Assembly: GCA_949425575.1 (NCBI GenBank)
Contig: CASPVX010000002.1
Coordinates: forward strand, 10,309-74,308
DNA length: 64,000 nt
Source: an uncultured Bacilli bacterium
GTDB taxonomy: Bacteria > Bacillota_I > Bacilli_A > RF39 > UBA660
Reading direction: 5' to 3'
Position 1 is the stretch's first letter. Every line of letters begins with the position of its first letter. The position numbers were made by a program, and so were the translations under genes. The notes under the pieces were generated by a model, which had not been told where the DNA came from, did not search any database, and worked only from the letters and a program-made list of their open reading frames with translations. Below are positions 38,278-47,811 of the stretch, in pieces.

Positions 38278-39015
38278 TTATAAGTTGTTTCTAAATTCTT
38301 TTAAAGTTTGTAAAAAATCTGAGTTTTGTTTTTGTTCTTCATCTTGTGAAATAGCTGTATAAGCTTCTTCCATTTTAAATGATTCTTCTATCTCTTTTGG
38401 ATCTTGTCTTCCGAAAATTGGAGATATAATTTCAGAGGTATTAAATTTTGAACTTTTACCTGAGTAAGGTTTTCTTTCTTCGATGCTTGCTGTTTTAATG
38501 TTTGGTTTTAAATTTTCTAATGCCTCTAAATAATTTTCCTTTTTTTCTTCCTTAACTGGTTCTTCTGTAAATAATTCTGTACTTATTACACTTTTAATAA
38601 GATCTTTTGTTTCTATCTCTTTAGTTTCTTCTACTATTGGTTCTTTTTTCTCTTCTTTAATTTCCATACCTTTGACTTGTTTAATTAGTTCTTGATAACT
38701 AATAATTGCATTTTCTTCTTGTTCTCTTTCAAAAGTATCAACAACCTTTTCTGGCTCTTTTTGAAGATCAGCATTCATTTGATTAAACACTTTTTCAAGC
38801 TCTTCTCTCGCTTTTTTTTGTTCTTCAGTAAGTTCAGTAGGTTTTACTTCTTCTATTTCACTCACTTCTTCAAAACGTTCATTTTCGGCTATTGGTTTAA
38901 CACGATTTTTCTTATTATATATATATATAATTACGCCTGCTACAGCAAGTGCTAGAACTAAAACCACTCCAAACATTATAATATACTTATCTTGTATTTC
39001 AAATAAAACGTACAT
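38278..39015 (-). CDS. Hypothetical N-terminally anchored Glu/Lys-rich protein
   Basis: The ATG at 39015 follows a GGAGTG RBS. It has one TM, then a low-complexity E/K-rich region, and a short conserved-looking SEIISPIFGR motif near the C-terminus. Confidence 0.5.
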   Translation of the reverse strand: MYVLFEIQDKYIIMFGVVLVLALAVAGVIIYIYNKKNRVKPIAENERFEEVSEIEEVKPTELTEEQKKAREELEKVFNQMNADLQKEPEKVVDTFEREQEENAIISYQELIKQVKGMEIKEEKKEPIVEETKEIETKDLIKSVISTELFTEEPVKEEKKENYLEALENLKPNIKTASIEERKPYSGKSSKFNTSEIISPIFGRQDPKEIEESFKMEEAYTAISQDEEQKQNSDFLQTLKEFRNNL

Positions 39016-39211
39016 AAAATCACTCCACAATTCTTTTTATTTTTAATGCTAATGCTTGGCACTAAGTAAAATCACATAACTTAGTTTATCACAGAAAAAA
39101 ATTTTTTTAAAGACATTTTTAGATAAAAATTATTTAAATTTTTTAGTATCATAAAATATCAATATTTTTTCTTCCATATATTGACAAAAGCTTGGCCAAC
39201 ATATGTTTTGA

Positions 39212-39760
39212 TTAATTGGTTTTTAAATATTTTTTAAATTTTTTTGTCATTGTTTTTTTATTATTTTCTATTAAATAAGATGCATTTTCTTCTTTTAATT
39301 CTTTATTTTTTATTATTTGATTAGCATTTTCTTTAGCTTTATTATAATCTTTATCTATAGATGCAGCTAAAGAATTATCTTCTTCTACAATATATAATGT
39401 TTCATTTTTTAAATATACAATATCTGTTACTTTTCCATCTTTGATAATACTAACTGAATACTTTCCATCGCCATAATGATTTCCTGCTGTTACAATACCG
39501 TTATTATTAATTATATATTTTGAAACGCCTTCATCATTAAGTATTTTAATGATATTATTAGTATCTTTTTCTTTTTCAATTTTTTTAAATATTTTATTTG
39601 CATTTTTATTAGTGTAGATTTTTACTAACTGAATCCCATCATTTTTAAAAGTGCTTATACTTTCTTTTTCTTTTGTAGAATATAAAAAGAAAATTATTAT
39701 AAGTAGTATAAAGATAATCGCAAAAATTATATAATTTATATTTTGTTTTAAAAATTTCAT
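39212..39760 (-). CDS. Hypothetical N-terminally anchored protein
   Basis: 182 aa with a single N-terminal TM and no recognisable motif. Confidence 0.5.
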   Translation of the reverse strand: MKFLKQNINYIIFAIIFILLIIIFFLYSTKEKESISTFKNDGIQLVKIYTNKNANKIFKKIEKEKDTNNIIKILNDEGVSKYIINNNGIVTAGNHYGDGKYSVSIIKDGKVTDIVYLKNETLYIVEEDNSLAASIDKDYNKAKENANQIIKNKELKEENASYLIENNKKTMTKKFKKYLKTN

Positions 39761-39805
39761 ATTATCACCAATTTAATTATATCAAAAAAACACTTAAATA
39801 AGTGT

Positions 39806-40030
39806 TTATAAATTATCAAATTTTACTAAAATTACATCTTTTCCAATTTTTTCTATTGATGACCATTTTATTTCATGTTTTTTTCCAATTAAAAAGAAAA
39901 ACTTTCTATTTTGAACAAAAAGTGTTGTTACTTTTCCATTCTCATCTACTTCGGCATCAATAATTGTGCCTATTTTTTTGCCATCAAATGTATTAATGAT
40001 ATCTTTTTCTTGCATTGAGGATAAAAACAT
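39806..40030 (-). CDS. ylmC: YlmC/YmxH-family sporulation protein (PRC-barrel)
   Basis: 74 aa with the pattern L..MQEKDIIN..DGKKIG.I.D.E.D..G.V, located immediately downstream of sigG as in Bacillus. Confidence 0.8.
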   Translation of the reverse strand: MFLSSMQEKDIINTFDGKKIGTIIDAEVDENGKVTTLFVQNRKFFFLIGKKHEIKWSSIEKIGKDVILVKFDNL

Positions 40031-40062
40031 ACTTGCCCTCCTATCATTTAATTATATGATTT

Positions 40063-40839
40063 TTAAGATATCATTTTCCTAATGTTTTCTAAGCCACTTT
40101 TTTCAAGCCTCGAAATTTGTGCTTGACTAATACCAATTTCTTCAGCTAATTCCATTTGTGTTTTTCCTATCATATATCTTTGAGTTAAAATGTATTTTTC
40201 TTTTTCTTTAAGTTTTTTCATAGCTTCTTTTAATGATATTTTAGTTTCATTATCATATATACTACCATCATTACTTTCTAATTGATCTTCTAGATAAATC
40301 ACATCACCACCGTCGTTATAAATTGGCTCAAACATACTAATAGTATCTTTTAAAGCATTTAATGCAGTGGCAATTTCATATTCGCTTAATTCTAATGCTT
40401 TGCCAATTTCTTCTATAGATGGTTCTTTCCCATTTTTATTTATAAAACTTTCTTTAAATTTTAAAACTTTATATGCTGTATCTTTTATACTTCTAGCTAT
40501 TCTAACACTGTTATTATCTCTTAAATATCTTTTTACTTCTCCTAAAATCATTGGAACTGCATAAGTACTAAATCTTACATCATGAGATAAATCAAAATTT
40601 TCGATAGCTTTTATTAATCCAATACATCCAACCTGAAATAAATCATCCATATTGTCAGTACGGTTATTATATCTTTTTAAAATTGATAAAACTAGCTTTA
40701 GGTTTCCATTTATTAATTCTTCTTTGGCTTCACTATCCCCTTCTTGGTATTTTTTTAGAAGTGTTTTTGTTTCTTCTGGAGTTAAAACTTTAATATTCGC
40801 AGTATTCACGCCACAAATTTCTACTTTATGACGTGCCAT
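40063..40839 (-). CDS. sigG: Forespore sporulation sigma factor SigG
   Basis: KVEICGVNT N-terminus, DDLFQVGCIGLIKAIENFD, FSTYAVPMILGEVKRYLRD, and ISQAQISRLEK. It is collinear with B. subtilis SigG. Confidence 0.9.
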   Translation of the reverse strand: MARHKVEICGVNTANIKVLTPEETKTLLKKYQEGDSEAKEELINGNLKLVLSILKRYNNRTDNMDDLFQVGCIGLIKAIENFDLSHDVRFSTYAVPMILGEVKRYLRDNNSVRIARSIKDTAYKVLKFKESFINKNGKEPSIEEIGKALELSEYEIATALNALKDTISMFEPIYNDGGDVIYLEDQLESNDGSIYDNETKISLKEAMKKLKEKEKYILTQRYMIGKTQMELAEEIGISQAQISRLEKSGLENIRKMIS

Positions 40840-40860
40840 TATTAATTCTCCTTTCTGTTT

Positions 40861-40891
40861 TAATAATGGGAACTAAAATATTTTTTTATAC
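40861..40891 (-). promoter_or_regulatory. Candidate forespore-type (sigma-F/sigma-G) promoter of sigG
   Basis: On the minus strand: GTATA - 18 nt - CATTATTA. This resembles the G(T/C)ATA / CATnnTA forespore promoter consensus and lies directly after the upstream terminator hairpin. Confidence 0.4.
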
Positions 40892-40892
40892 A

Positions 40893-40917
40893 AAAAAACC
40901 ACTAATTTGTGGTTTCT
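40893..40917 (-). terminator. Rho-independent terminator upstream of the sigG promoter
   Basis: On the minus strand: AAACCAC-aaatta-GTGGTTT followed by TTTTT. Confidence 0.7.
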
Positions 40918-41573
40918 GTTATAAATTCTTTAATTTTATTTAATGATGATTCAAACAATTTAATATTATATGGTTCAGTAATTAATAAGTATGTATAGAA
41001 CTCTTTTATTAAGTCAAAATTAATAATATTTTCTTTAATATAACTTTCAAGTATAGAAGATTCTATTTGTTTAATTTTATCAATATATGTTTCATATATT
41101 ATAAGTTCTTCATCATCTAATTTATCTTCTCTACCTTCAGCATGTTTTATTATACTAGCAATTGCCATTACAACAGATTCTAATGTAAAATAATTTGAAG
41201 AAACTAAGTTATCTAATAAAACGTTATATGATTTACCTAATATTTCAATTATTTCTTCACTTGTTTTATCCGCAAAAATACTCACGCTTTTTGGATCGTC
41301 AATAATAATACTATTTATATCAAGATCTGCTTTAATAAAATCAGTTTCTATTATTTCATGATTCATTTCAAGTTCTTCAATTTTGATTTTTTCGTATATT
41401 ACTTTTTTAGTTTTCGATACTGTAACAACAAAATCATTTGTATCTTCTTCGATCATATATGCATTTCTGACCATTGGATAAGCTAAACACATTTTGCCTT
41501 CATAAATCATAAATAATGATGCGGTAGCGTGTTTTGGAATCGCTTTATCAATATTAAGGTCTTCTTTTTTCAT
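40902..41573 (-). CDS. Hypothetical acidic protein
   Basis: The ATG at 41573 follows a GGTGA RBS. No recognisable motif. Confidence 0.5.
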   Translation of the reverse strand: MKKEDLNIDKAIPKHATASLFMIYEGKMCLAYPMVRNAYMIEEDTNDFVVTVSKTKKVIYEKIKIEELEMNHEIIETDFIKADLDINSIIIDDPKSVSIFADKTSEEIIEILGKSYNVLLDNLVSSNYFTLESVVMAIASIIKHAEGREDKLDDEELIIYETYIDKIKQIESSILESYIKENIINFDLIKEFYTYLLITEPYNIKLFESSLNKIKEFITETTN

Positions 41574-41641
41574 CAAAATCACCACATATAATTTACCACA
41601 AAATTGTTTTTTTTTCAATTTTAATAAGAAAAAAAGACATT

Positions 41642-42250
41642 TTATGCCTTTTTTTCATTAAGTAAACTGTATATTAGTAGGATGGATGCTGATAAACTAA
41701 CACCTGCAATAACATCACTAGCAAAATGAACACCTAAATAAATTCTTGTAATTGGTATTAAAATTATTAATAAGCAAAGAACTGTTCCCATTAATATTTT
41801 CTTTTTTTTAGACATTTTAGATTGTAACAAATAGTATAAAAACATACCATAAAATGCAAAGGAAAACATTGCATGAGCACTTGGAAAACTATAACCGATT
41901 TCAGTTATCATCATAATATCTTCTGGCCTTGGACGAGCAATAATAATTTTGACTATTTGATTTATTAAAACTACTAAAAACGCTATTAACAAAATGGTAT
42001 TTCTTTTCTTTTTGTTTTTAATAAAAAGTAAGCATAATACAAGTGCTAGACAAACAAATTCTACTCCTGATAAAGATGTTATTATTTTAAATAAGAATGT
42101 TGTAAATGGTGTATTAATTGTTTGTGACAAATCATATGCATACATATCAAATCTATTTATATATTCTTTGTTTATGCTAAATGCAATAAAAAAGAAAATA
42201 GTTAAAAATACTATAATTCCAGCAATTTTAATTATTTTATTTTTGTTCAT
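41642..42250 (-). CDS. PAP2-family membrane phosphatase
   Basis: KIIIARPRP, SFPSAH and RIYLGVHFASDV, the three PAP2 motifs. The likely start is MNKNKI at 42250. Confidence 0.8.
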   Translation of the reverse strand: MNKNKIIKIAGIIVFLTIFFFIAFSINKEYINRFDMYAYDLSQTINTPFTTFLFKIITSLSGVEFVCLALVLCLLFIKNKKKRNTILLIAFLVVLINQIVKIIIARPRPEDIMMITEIGYSFPSAHAMFSFAFYGMFLYYLLQSKMSKKKKILMGTVLCLLIILIPITRIYLGVHFASDVIAGVSLSASILLIYSLLNEKKA

Positions 42251-43118
42251 TTTGATCCTCTTTTTCTGGTATTTTCTTGATGTGATTTCCAATAATGTCT
42301 GAAATGTCTGATATTGCTACAAATGATGATGTATCGGCATTTTCCACTATTTCTTTTAATCTTGGAACTTCTAATCTAGTTATAACGGTATATAAAATTG
42401 ATTTAGGTGCTTTAGATACTTTTCCTTCACCTTCCCAAATTGTAACTGTTCTTCCTAATTCTTTGAATATCGCATCAGAGATTTTTTCTTTTCGTTCAGT
42501 TATTATAATTGCAGCTTTTGCTTGATTAAATTCATCTGATACAATATCTATTAATTTATATGTTACTACATACATAAGAAGTGAGTATAACGCTCTATCT
42601 GGTCCAAATACAAATATAGCTGAACCATATACAAATATATTAAAGAAGAAGATCATTTGGCCTACTGAAAGTGATGATTTTTTACTAATAACTATAGCTA
42701 CCACTTCAGTACCATCAAGGCAAGCTCCTCCTCTAATTACAAGCCCAACACCTATTCCTAGTAAAAGGCCTCCATAAACTGTTGCAAGTAAAATATCATC
42801 TGTAACCTCTTCTACTGGTTCAAAAACTTCAAGTAAAACGGTAAATACTATAATTGCATACACTGCTTTAACAACGAATCTTTTACCCATGCTCTTATAA
42901 GCTAATATAAAAAACGGAATGTTTAAAATTATAATAAATACACTAACTGGTAATTTAAATAGTTTATTTAAAATAATAGAAATACCAGTAAGACCTCCAT
43001 CAATTATTGAGTTTGGGATTAAAAATATTTCAAGTGCTGCTGCAGCTAGCACTGCACCTATCGTAATTAAAAAAAACGATGGAACTTGTTTAATTATTTT
43101 CATTAATTTTGCTTCCAT
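42237..43118 (-). CDS. YitT-family membrane protein (DUF2179 C-terminal domain)
   Basis: IIDGGLTGISII and GGACLDGTEV motifs, with a C-terminal DUF2179-like ..TVTIWEGEG.. Confidence 0.75.
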   Translation of the reverse strand: MEAKLMKIIKQVPSFFLITIGAVLAAAALEIFLIPNSIIDGGLTGISIILNKLFKLPVSVFIIILNIPFFILAYKSMGKRFVVKAVYAIIVFTVLLEVFEPVEEVTDDILLATVYGGLLLGIGVGLVIRGGACLDGTEVVAIVISKKSSLSVGQMIFFFNIFVYGSAIFVFGPDRALYSLLMYVVTYKLIDIVSDEFNQAKAAIIITERKEKISDAIFKELGRTVTIWEGEGKVSKAPKSILYTVITRLEVPRLKEIVENADTSSFVAISDISDIIGNHIKKIPEKEDQNEQK

Positions 43119-43179
43119 TTTATCACCTGTTTCAATTATATCAAAAAGATTTTTAATTCAAAAGTAAAAAAGTCCATTT

Positions 43180-44280
43180 TTAGGACTCTTTTACGCTATT
43201 TTTCATAATTTCAAGATTATTTTTTAATCTTTCATTATTGGGGTCATAATCTAAAGCTTTTTTTACATAATAAATAGCTTCTGCTTTTCTATCAGTATTA
43301 AAAAGGGAGAGGGATAATATGTCATAGACAGTTCCATCATAGCAAAATGGTTCATTTATATAATTTTTATATGGTTTTTCAAGAGCTAAGGCTATCTCAA
43401 TATTTTTAATTGCTTCTTGATAATTTCCATTTTCATATTCTAATAATGCACTTTCTACAAATGGTTCTCTTAAATAAGGAGTTTCTTTTTTAGCAAGTTC
43501 TAACCACATTTTTGATTCTCTCATTCTATTTAAAGCTTTATATGATCTAGCAATAAAGCGCATAGAAGCAGATCTTTCATCTTTCCATACAGCATTTGGC
43601 ATTTCTAAGTATTTAATAAGTGTATCGATACATTCTTGATATCTTTTATAATACATATATTCTCTACCTAAATAATGCATATTACGATCATCGTCTGGAT
43701 CTTCTTCTACGGACATTTCAAGTAGCGGAAGATATGATCCTCTAGATTTAGAAGAATCGGGATAATGTTTAATAGTAAACTCATCTGTTATTACTGTTAT
43801 TTCATTCCCCTCATATGATAATACTTCATGTACTGGATGAACCCATTTATATCCTTTTTTTACATGGATTTTATCAGCATAAAAGTTTACTGCAGGATTT
43901 CCATATTTATCAAAACTCCAAATATAGTTATATCTAAGTCTAGTTAAAGTCGGATTCCAAATAGACTCTAATTTCTTTCTCCATCCTTTTTCTAAAACTT
44001 CATCAATATCTATACAAAGGCAAATATCTGCATCGTCAGGAACCATATTTAATGATTCATTACGAGCAGTATCAAATCTAAATGGTTTTATATTACCTTT
44101 TTTGACTATTGCTCCTTGTTTTTTTAATTTTTCAATAGTTTTATCTGTTGAACCAGTATCTAATACATAAACTGCATCTGCTTCATTAACACTATTCATC
44201 CACCTATCAACAAATTTTTCCTCATTTTTAGAAATAGCATAAACGTAAACCTTATATTTATTTTTTTCTTTATTAAGCAC
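43180..44280 (-). CDS. Glycosyltransferase (GT2-like N-terminal domain) with C-terminal TPR repeats
   Basis: [14 protein letters not shown]...[10 protein letters not shown] plus a CIDIDE (DxD) motif, with TPR-like helical repeats at the C-terminus. The start overlaps the collagen-like gene's stop by 8 nt. Confidence 0.65.
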   Translation of the reverse strand: MLNKEKNKYKVYVYAISKNEEKFVDRWMNSVNEADAVYVLDTGSTDKTIEKLKKQGAIVKKGNIKPFRFDTARNESLNMVPDDADICLCIDIDEVLEKGWRKKLESIWNPTLTRLRYNYIWSFDKYGNPAVNFYADKIHVKKGYKWVHPVHEVLSYEGNEITVITDEFTIKHYPDSSKSRGSYLPLLEMSVEEDPDDDRNMHYLGREYMYYKRYQECIDTLIKYLEMPNAVWKDERSASMRFIARSYKALNRMRESKMWLELAKKETPYLREPFVESALLEYENGNYQEAIKNIEIALALEKPYKNYINEPFCYDGTVYDILSLSLFNTDRKAEAIYYVKKALDYDPNNERLKNNLEIMKNSVKES

Positions 44281-45502
44281 TTATTTTAGTTACAGTTAAA
44301 CTTGCGTTTGTTCCAGAGCCTAAAGTAACACCAACGGCTATTAAGGCACTAAGAGCCATATCTATGTTTGTTCCTGCTGGTAAGGTTACGATTACACTGC
44401 CACTATAAATAGATTCTACACCAACAGCTAATAATCTAGAAATAACTGCCCCTGGTATATTTGTTCCATTTTGTCTAATAGCTAAAGTAAGTGTTGTTCC
44501 AATAGCTGCTGAAGCATTTAAATACCAATCAATTTTATAAGTCCCTGCTTGAGTAAGGGTTAATGTGTTAGCAGTGGCTGTTGTAATGTTATTTTCAGGC
44601 ATAACAGTTGGTAGTGCTACTTGACTAGTCCCACCCAAAGTTAAATTGATTGTTTGCGGAGCATCACTATATCTACCGCCATAGGCTGCCAAACCTGCAT
44701 TAGGTCCTGTTGGTCCTGTAGCCCCAGTTGGACCGGTTAATCCTTGTATCCCTGATGCACCGGTTGGTCCAGTCGGACCAGTAGGACCTTGAATACCTTG
44801 TGGACCTGTTGGGCCAATTGTTCCAGGAATCCCTTGTATTCCTTGTGGACCAGTAGCTCCAGTAGGCCCTGTCGCACCAATTTCACCAGTTAAACCTTGA
44901 GGTCCAATTGGGCCAGTTGGTCCAGTGACTCCTTGCAATCCCTGAGGCCCTGTCGCACCTGTAGGTCCTGGTACTGTACTAGCCGCACCTGTAGCACCGG
45001 TTGGTCCAGTGGCACCAGTAGGACCTGTTACACCTGCAGCTCCAGTACTACCAGTTGCCCCTGTTGGCCCCTGAATACCTTGTGGGCCAGTTGCGCCAAT
45101 TGGTCCAGTCGGACCGATTGTTCCGGGAATCCCTTGTGTTCCTTGCGGACCAGTAGCTCCAGTAGGGCCTGTTGGTCCTATAGGCCCTGTAGGACCTTGA
45201 ATACCTTGTGGACCTGTGGCTCCCTGGAGTCCTTGCAAACCCCTTGGCCCTTGTGCTCCTGTAGCTCCTGTTGCACCTCTTGGAATCGAAAACTCTAAAA
45301 TAGCATTTTGATTATCTCCAATATTTACAACACTCGCATTTGTTCCAGGTTCTGTAGTATTAGTATCTGCTATAGTGATAGTCGCTGGACCTGCAGGACC
45401 TGTTGGCCCAGTTGGTCCAATTGCAGGACCACAACAGCAAGAAACCGTTTTACATTTTTGATCACGAGCAATTTTTTGCATTGCTTTTTCGTAATTATTC
45501 AT
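44273..45502 (-). CDS. BclA-like collagen triple-helix-repeat spore-surface protein with a C-terminal C1q/TNF-like domain
   Basis: About 63 G-X-Y triplets, mostly [12 protein letters not shown]. The C-terminal ~140 aa is a beta-rich, Thr/Ala/Gly-rich domain as in BclA. The ATG at 45502 lies 6 nt after a GGAGG RBS. Confidence 0.85.
   Translation of the reverse strand: MNNYEKAMQKIARDQKCKTVSCCCGPAIGPTGPTGPAGPATITIADTNTTEPGTNASVVNIGDNQNAILEFSIPRGATGATGAQGPRGLQGLQGATGPQGIQGPTGPIGPTGPTGATGPQGTQGIPGTIGPTGPIGATGPQGIQGPTGATGSTGAAGVTGPTGATGPTGATGAASTVPGPTGATGPQGLQGVTGPTGPIGPQGLTGEIGATGPTGATGPQGIQGIPGTIGPTGPQGIQGPTGPTGPTGASGIQGLTGPTGATGPTGPNAGLAAYGGRYSDAPQTINLTLGGTSQVALPTVMPENNITTATANTLTLTQAGTYKIDWYLNASAAIGTTLTLAIRQNGTNIPGAVISRLLAVGVESIYSGSVIVTLPAGTNIDMALSALIAVGVTLGSGTNASLTVTKISA
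44699..45277 (-). repeat. Collagen-like GXY coding repeat tract, a locally GC-rich island
   Basis: 33 + 30 uninterrupted GXY triplets separated by STVP. The block ATGPQG(I/T)[12 protein letters not shown] occurs twice. Confidence 0.9.
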
Positions 45503-45563
45503 TTCTACCTCCATTCTAATAAATTATATGCAGGAAGTAGATTTACAGCAAAAACAAAAGCAC

Positions 45564-45596
45564 AAAAAAATAAAAAAATATCCATTTTGGATATCA
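45564..45596 (-). terminator. Rho-independent terminator after sigE
   Basis: On the minus strand: ATATCCA-aaa-TGGATAT followed by TTTTTTTATTTTTTT. It overlaps the sigE stop. Confidence 0.75.
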
Positions 45597-46286
45597 GTTG
45601 AAATCTGTCATATTTTTAAGCCTATTTATTACTTTCTTTTCTATTCTGGAAATATAGGATTGACTTATGCCTAATAATTTCGCCACATCTTTTTGCGTTA
45701 ATTCTTCAGTATTAAAAAGGCCATATCTTAAAATCATTATTTGTTTATCTCTAGGACTAAGTTTATTTATTTCTTGGTATAATAAACTTTTTTCTATTTC
45801 TTTTTCTAACCCTTTCGTTACTATATCTGGTTCAGTACCTAAAACATCTTCTAAGTGTAATTCATTACCTTCAGAATCATAGCTTAAATTATCTTCAAAA
45901 CTTATTTCTCCCCTTCTTTTTTTATTTTTTCTTAAAAACATAAGTATTTCATTATCTATACACCTTGAAGCATATGTTGCCAGTTTAATATTTTTATCTA
46001 GTTTATATGTATTAACACCTTTAATTAAGCCTACACTGCCAATACTAACTAAATCTTCTAAATCAATGCCTGTATTTTCATATTTTTTAGACAAAAACAC
46101 TACTAATCTTAAATTGTGTTCGATCAGCTTATCTTTGGCATATTTATCCCCCTCCATTGATTTTAATACATATTTAGTTTCTTCTTCTTTAGAAAGAGGT
46201 CCTGGTAACTTATCAGTACTTCCGATAAAAAAAACGCCTTCTTTTTTAAAAAACACTTCTAATATTTTGTTTAATAGTTTTATCAT
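45594..46286 (-). CDS. sigE: Mother-cell sporulation sigma factor SigE (pro-sigma-E)
   Basis: Pro-sequence, then ..LP.PLSKEEE.., HNLRLVV...KK.ENTGI..EDL.SIG..GLIK, LATYASRCI.NEILM, and ISQSYISRIEK. It lies immediately downstream of spoIIGA (TAA-A-ATG junction). Confidence 0.9.
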   Translation of the reverse strand: MIKLLNKILEVFFKKEGVFFIGSTDKLPGPLSKEEETKYVLKSMEGDKYAKDKLIEHNLRLVVFLSKKYENTGIDLEDLVSIGSVGLIKGVNTYKLDKNIKLATYASRCIDNEILMFLRKNKKRRGEISFEDNLSYDSEGNELHLEDVLGTEPDIVTKGLEKEIEKSLLYQEINKLSPRDKQIMILRYGLFNTEELTQKDVAKLLGISQSYISRIEKKVINRLKNMTDFN

Positions 46287-46287
46287 T

Positions 46288-47004
46288 TTATTCCCCCATT
46301 TTTGCATTTAGTAAAACATTTGCACCATCTATTTCAAAATTATTACTAAAACCAAGCATCACATCCTTATATTCTTTGTCATTAACAACAACTTTATCTG
46401 TTTTTACACATTCCAAAAGTCCATAATTTCCAATTGTATTATAAGGTATATAAATTTTTTTTGATTTGAAATTATTATTAAGATTGGTAATTATAACAGG
46501 GATTTTTTTATAAGTTAGTGTATTACCACTATCTAAAAAACCAATTAAATCTATTGACTTTCCTTCAATATAAACCATTACCTTAAAAAATAATTCTTCT
46601 TTTGTTTTTAATAATTTAGCTTGTCTTATATAAATATATATAATTATTGGTGATAATATGAATAAAAAAACAATTGAATTATAGAAATTTTCTATTTTAA
46701 ATAGATAAAAAACACCCCCTAACATAATATTAATAAAATAAAACGTAATTAAATTAATAAAAGTATATTTTAAATTCTTATAATTGAAAGCAAATAATAC
46801 AATAAGAATACTAAAATAAATTTTTAAAATTATTCTTTGGATCTCACTTATATTTAAAAACAAAATAATTACTGATACACTTCCTATAAAACTGGAAAGA
46901 ATTACATTAAAGAGTTTTATTTTTCTTTTTAAAATCGCTGATGTTGCATATATTATTAAGAAATTAATCCAAAAGTCTAAAATAAATATACTTTCAATAT
47001 ACAT
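46288..47004 (-). CDS. spoIIGA: Sigma-E processing peptidase SpoIIGA
   Basis: Five N-terminal TM segments plus a C-terminal aspartic-protease-like GFLDSGN motif, located upstream of sigE. Confidence 0.85.
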   Translation of the reverse strand: MYIESIFILDFWINFLIIYATSAILKRKIKLFNVILSSFIGSVSVIILFLNISEIQRIILKIYFSILIVLFAFNYKNLKYTFINLITFYFINIMLGGVFYLFKIENFYNSIVFLFILSPIIIYIYIRQAKLLKTKEELFFKVMVYIEGKSIDLIGFLDSGNTLTYKKIPVIITNLNNNFKSKKIYIPYNTIGNYGLLECVKTDKVVVNDKEYKDVMLGFSNNFEIDGANVLLNAKMGE

Positions 47005-47064
47005 AAAATCACCATTTTTATTTTAAAATAAATTACGAAAATAAAATGTCAGAAAAAAGATGCA

Positions 47065-47712
47065 TTAAGCATCTTTAGAGTTTTCATATATTTTATCTAA
47101 TCTAGAATCTGGATATTTTTCATCAATTATTTTTTCAACTTTATTTTGTGGTTCTACGCCTTCTTTTCGTTCTTCTTGTCTAAGGCTAGCTACAAGAGAA
47201 ATTACACAATTAAAGATCATAAAGATTACCATAATTCTTGTTATAATATTTCCTATTTTAATTGGAATTTTTTCTATTGTTTTTGATAAAAATGGGTAGA
47301 CGATTTTAATGAAAACAACACCTAAGCATCCCCAATAGAACATATATAAAGCACTTGTTCTTCCACCAATATTCAACGGTTTATTACTATAGTCCCAAGA
47401 AATTGTTCCAAATAACATTTCTTGAAAATAAGAACATAAAAATTCGAACAATCCGCCAAGTATTGCAGCTAAAAAGAAAATAACTATTATATTTTTTCTT
47501 TTATATAAAAATACTGTAAAAAGCACCGCACCTAATCCATAAACAGGATTAAAAGGGCCATATATTAATCCTTTTCTTGATACTAATTCGCCATCGTTTT
47601 GTATAAAATGTAGCGTCATTTCCATAACACAACCAAATATACATCCGAATATAAAAATCCAAAATATTTTTTTAAAGCACATGCCCTTAGCAAACACTTC
47701 TTTTTCTTCCAT
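47065..47712 (-). CDS. Polytopic membrane protein (putative ABC-transporter type IV / PF06541-like)
   Basis: The pattern ..VSRKGLIYGPFNPVYGLGAV.. resembles the conserved G.L.GP..P.YG.G block of that family. Confidence 0.4.
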   Translation of the reverse strand: MEEKEVFAKGMCFKKIFWIFIFGCIFGCVMEMTLHFIQNDGELVSRKGLIYGPFNPVYGLGAVLFTVFLYKRKNIIVIFFLAAILGGLFEFLCSYFQEMLFGTISWDYSNKPLNIGGRTSALYMFYWGCLGVVFIKIVYPFLSKTIEKIPIKIGNIITRIMVIFMIFNCVISLVASLRQEERKEGVEPQNKVEKIIDEKYPDSRLDKIYENSKDA

Positions 47713-47811
47713 AACATCACCACTTCTTAAAATTATGAAAAAATTATCTATCTTCCATAATTTTATGCCAATAGTATATGCTTTTTAATATATAAAGTCA
47801 AATTAAAAAGA

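Noticed and set aside
44897-45601. Two ORFs (133 aa and 97 aa) on the + strand, antisense to the collagen-like gene, rich in Ser/Cys/Trp/Arg.
   Set aside because: They are reverse-frame artefacts of the GC-rich GXY repeat: GGN CCN ACN read backwards stays open. They have no RBS and a low-complexity composition.
47005-47064. Spo0A boxes (TGNCGAA) in the spoIIGA upstream region.
   Set aside because: Only loose resemblances were seen (TTTTCGTAA, CTGACA), with no exact 0A box. The interval is mostly taken up by the upstream gene's terminator.
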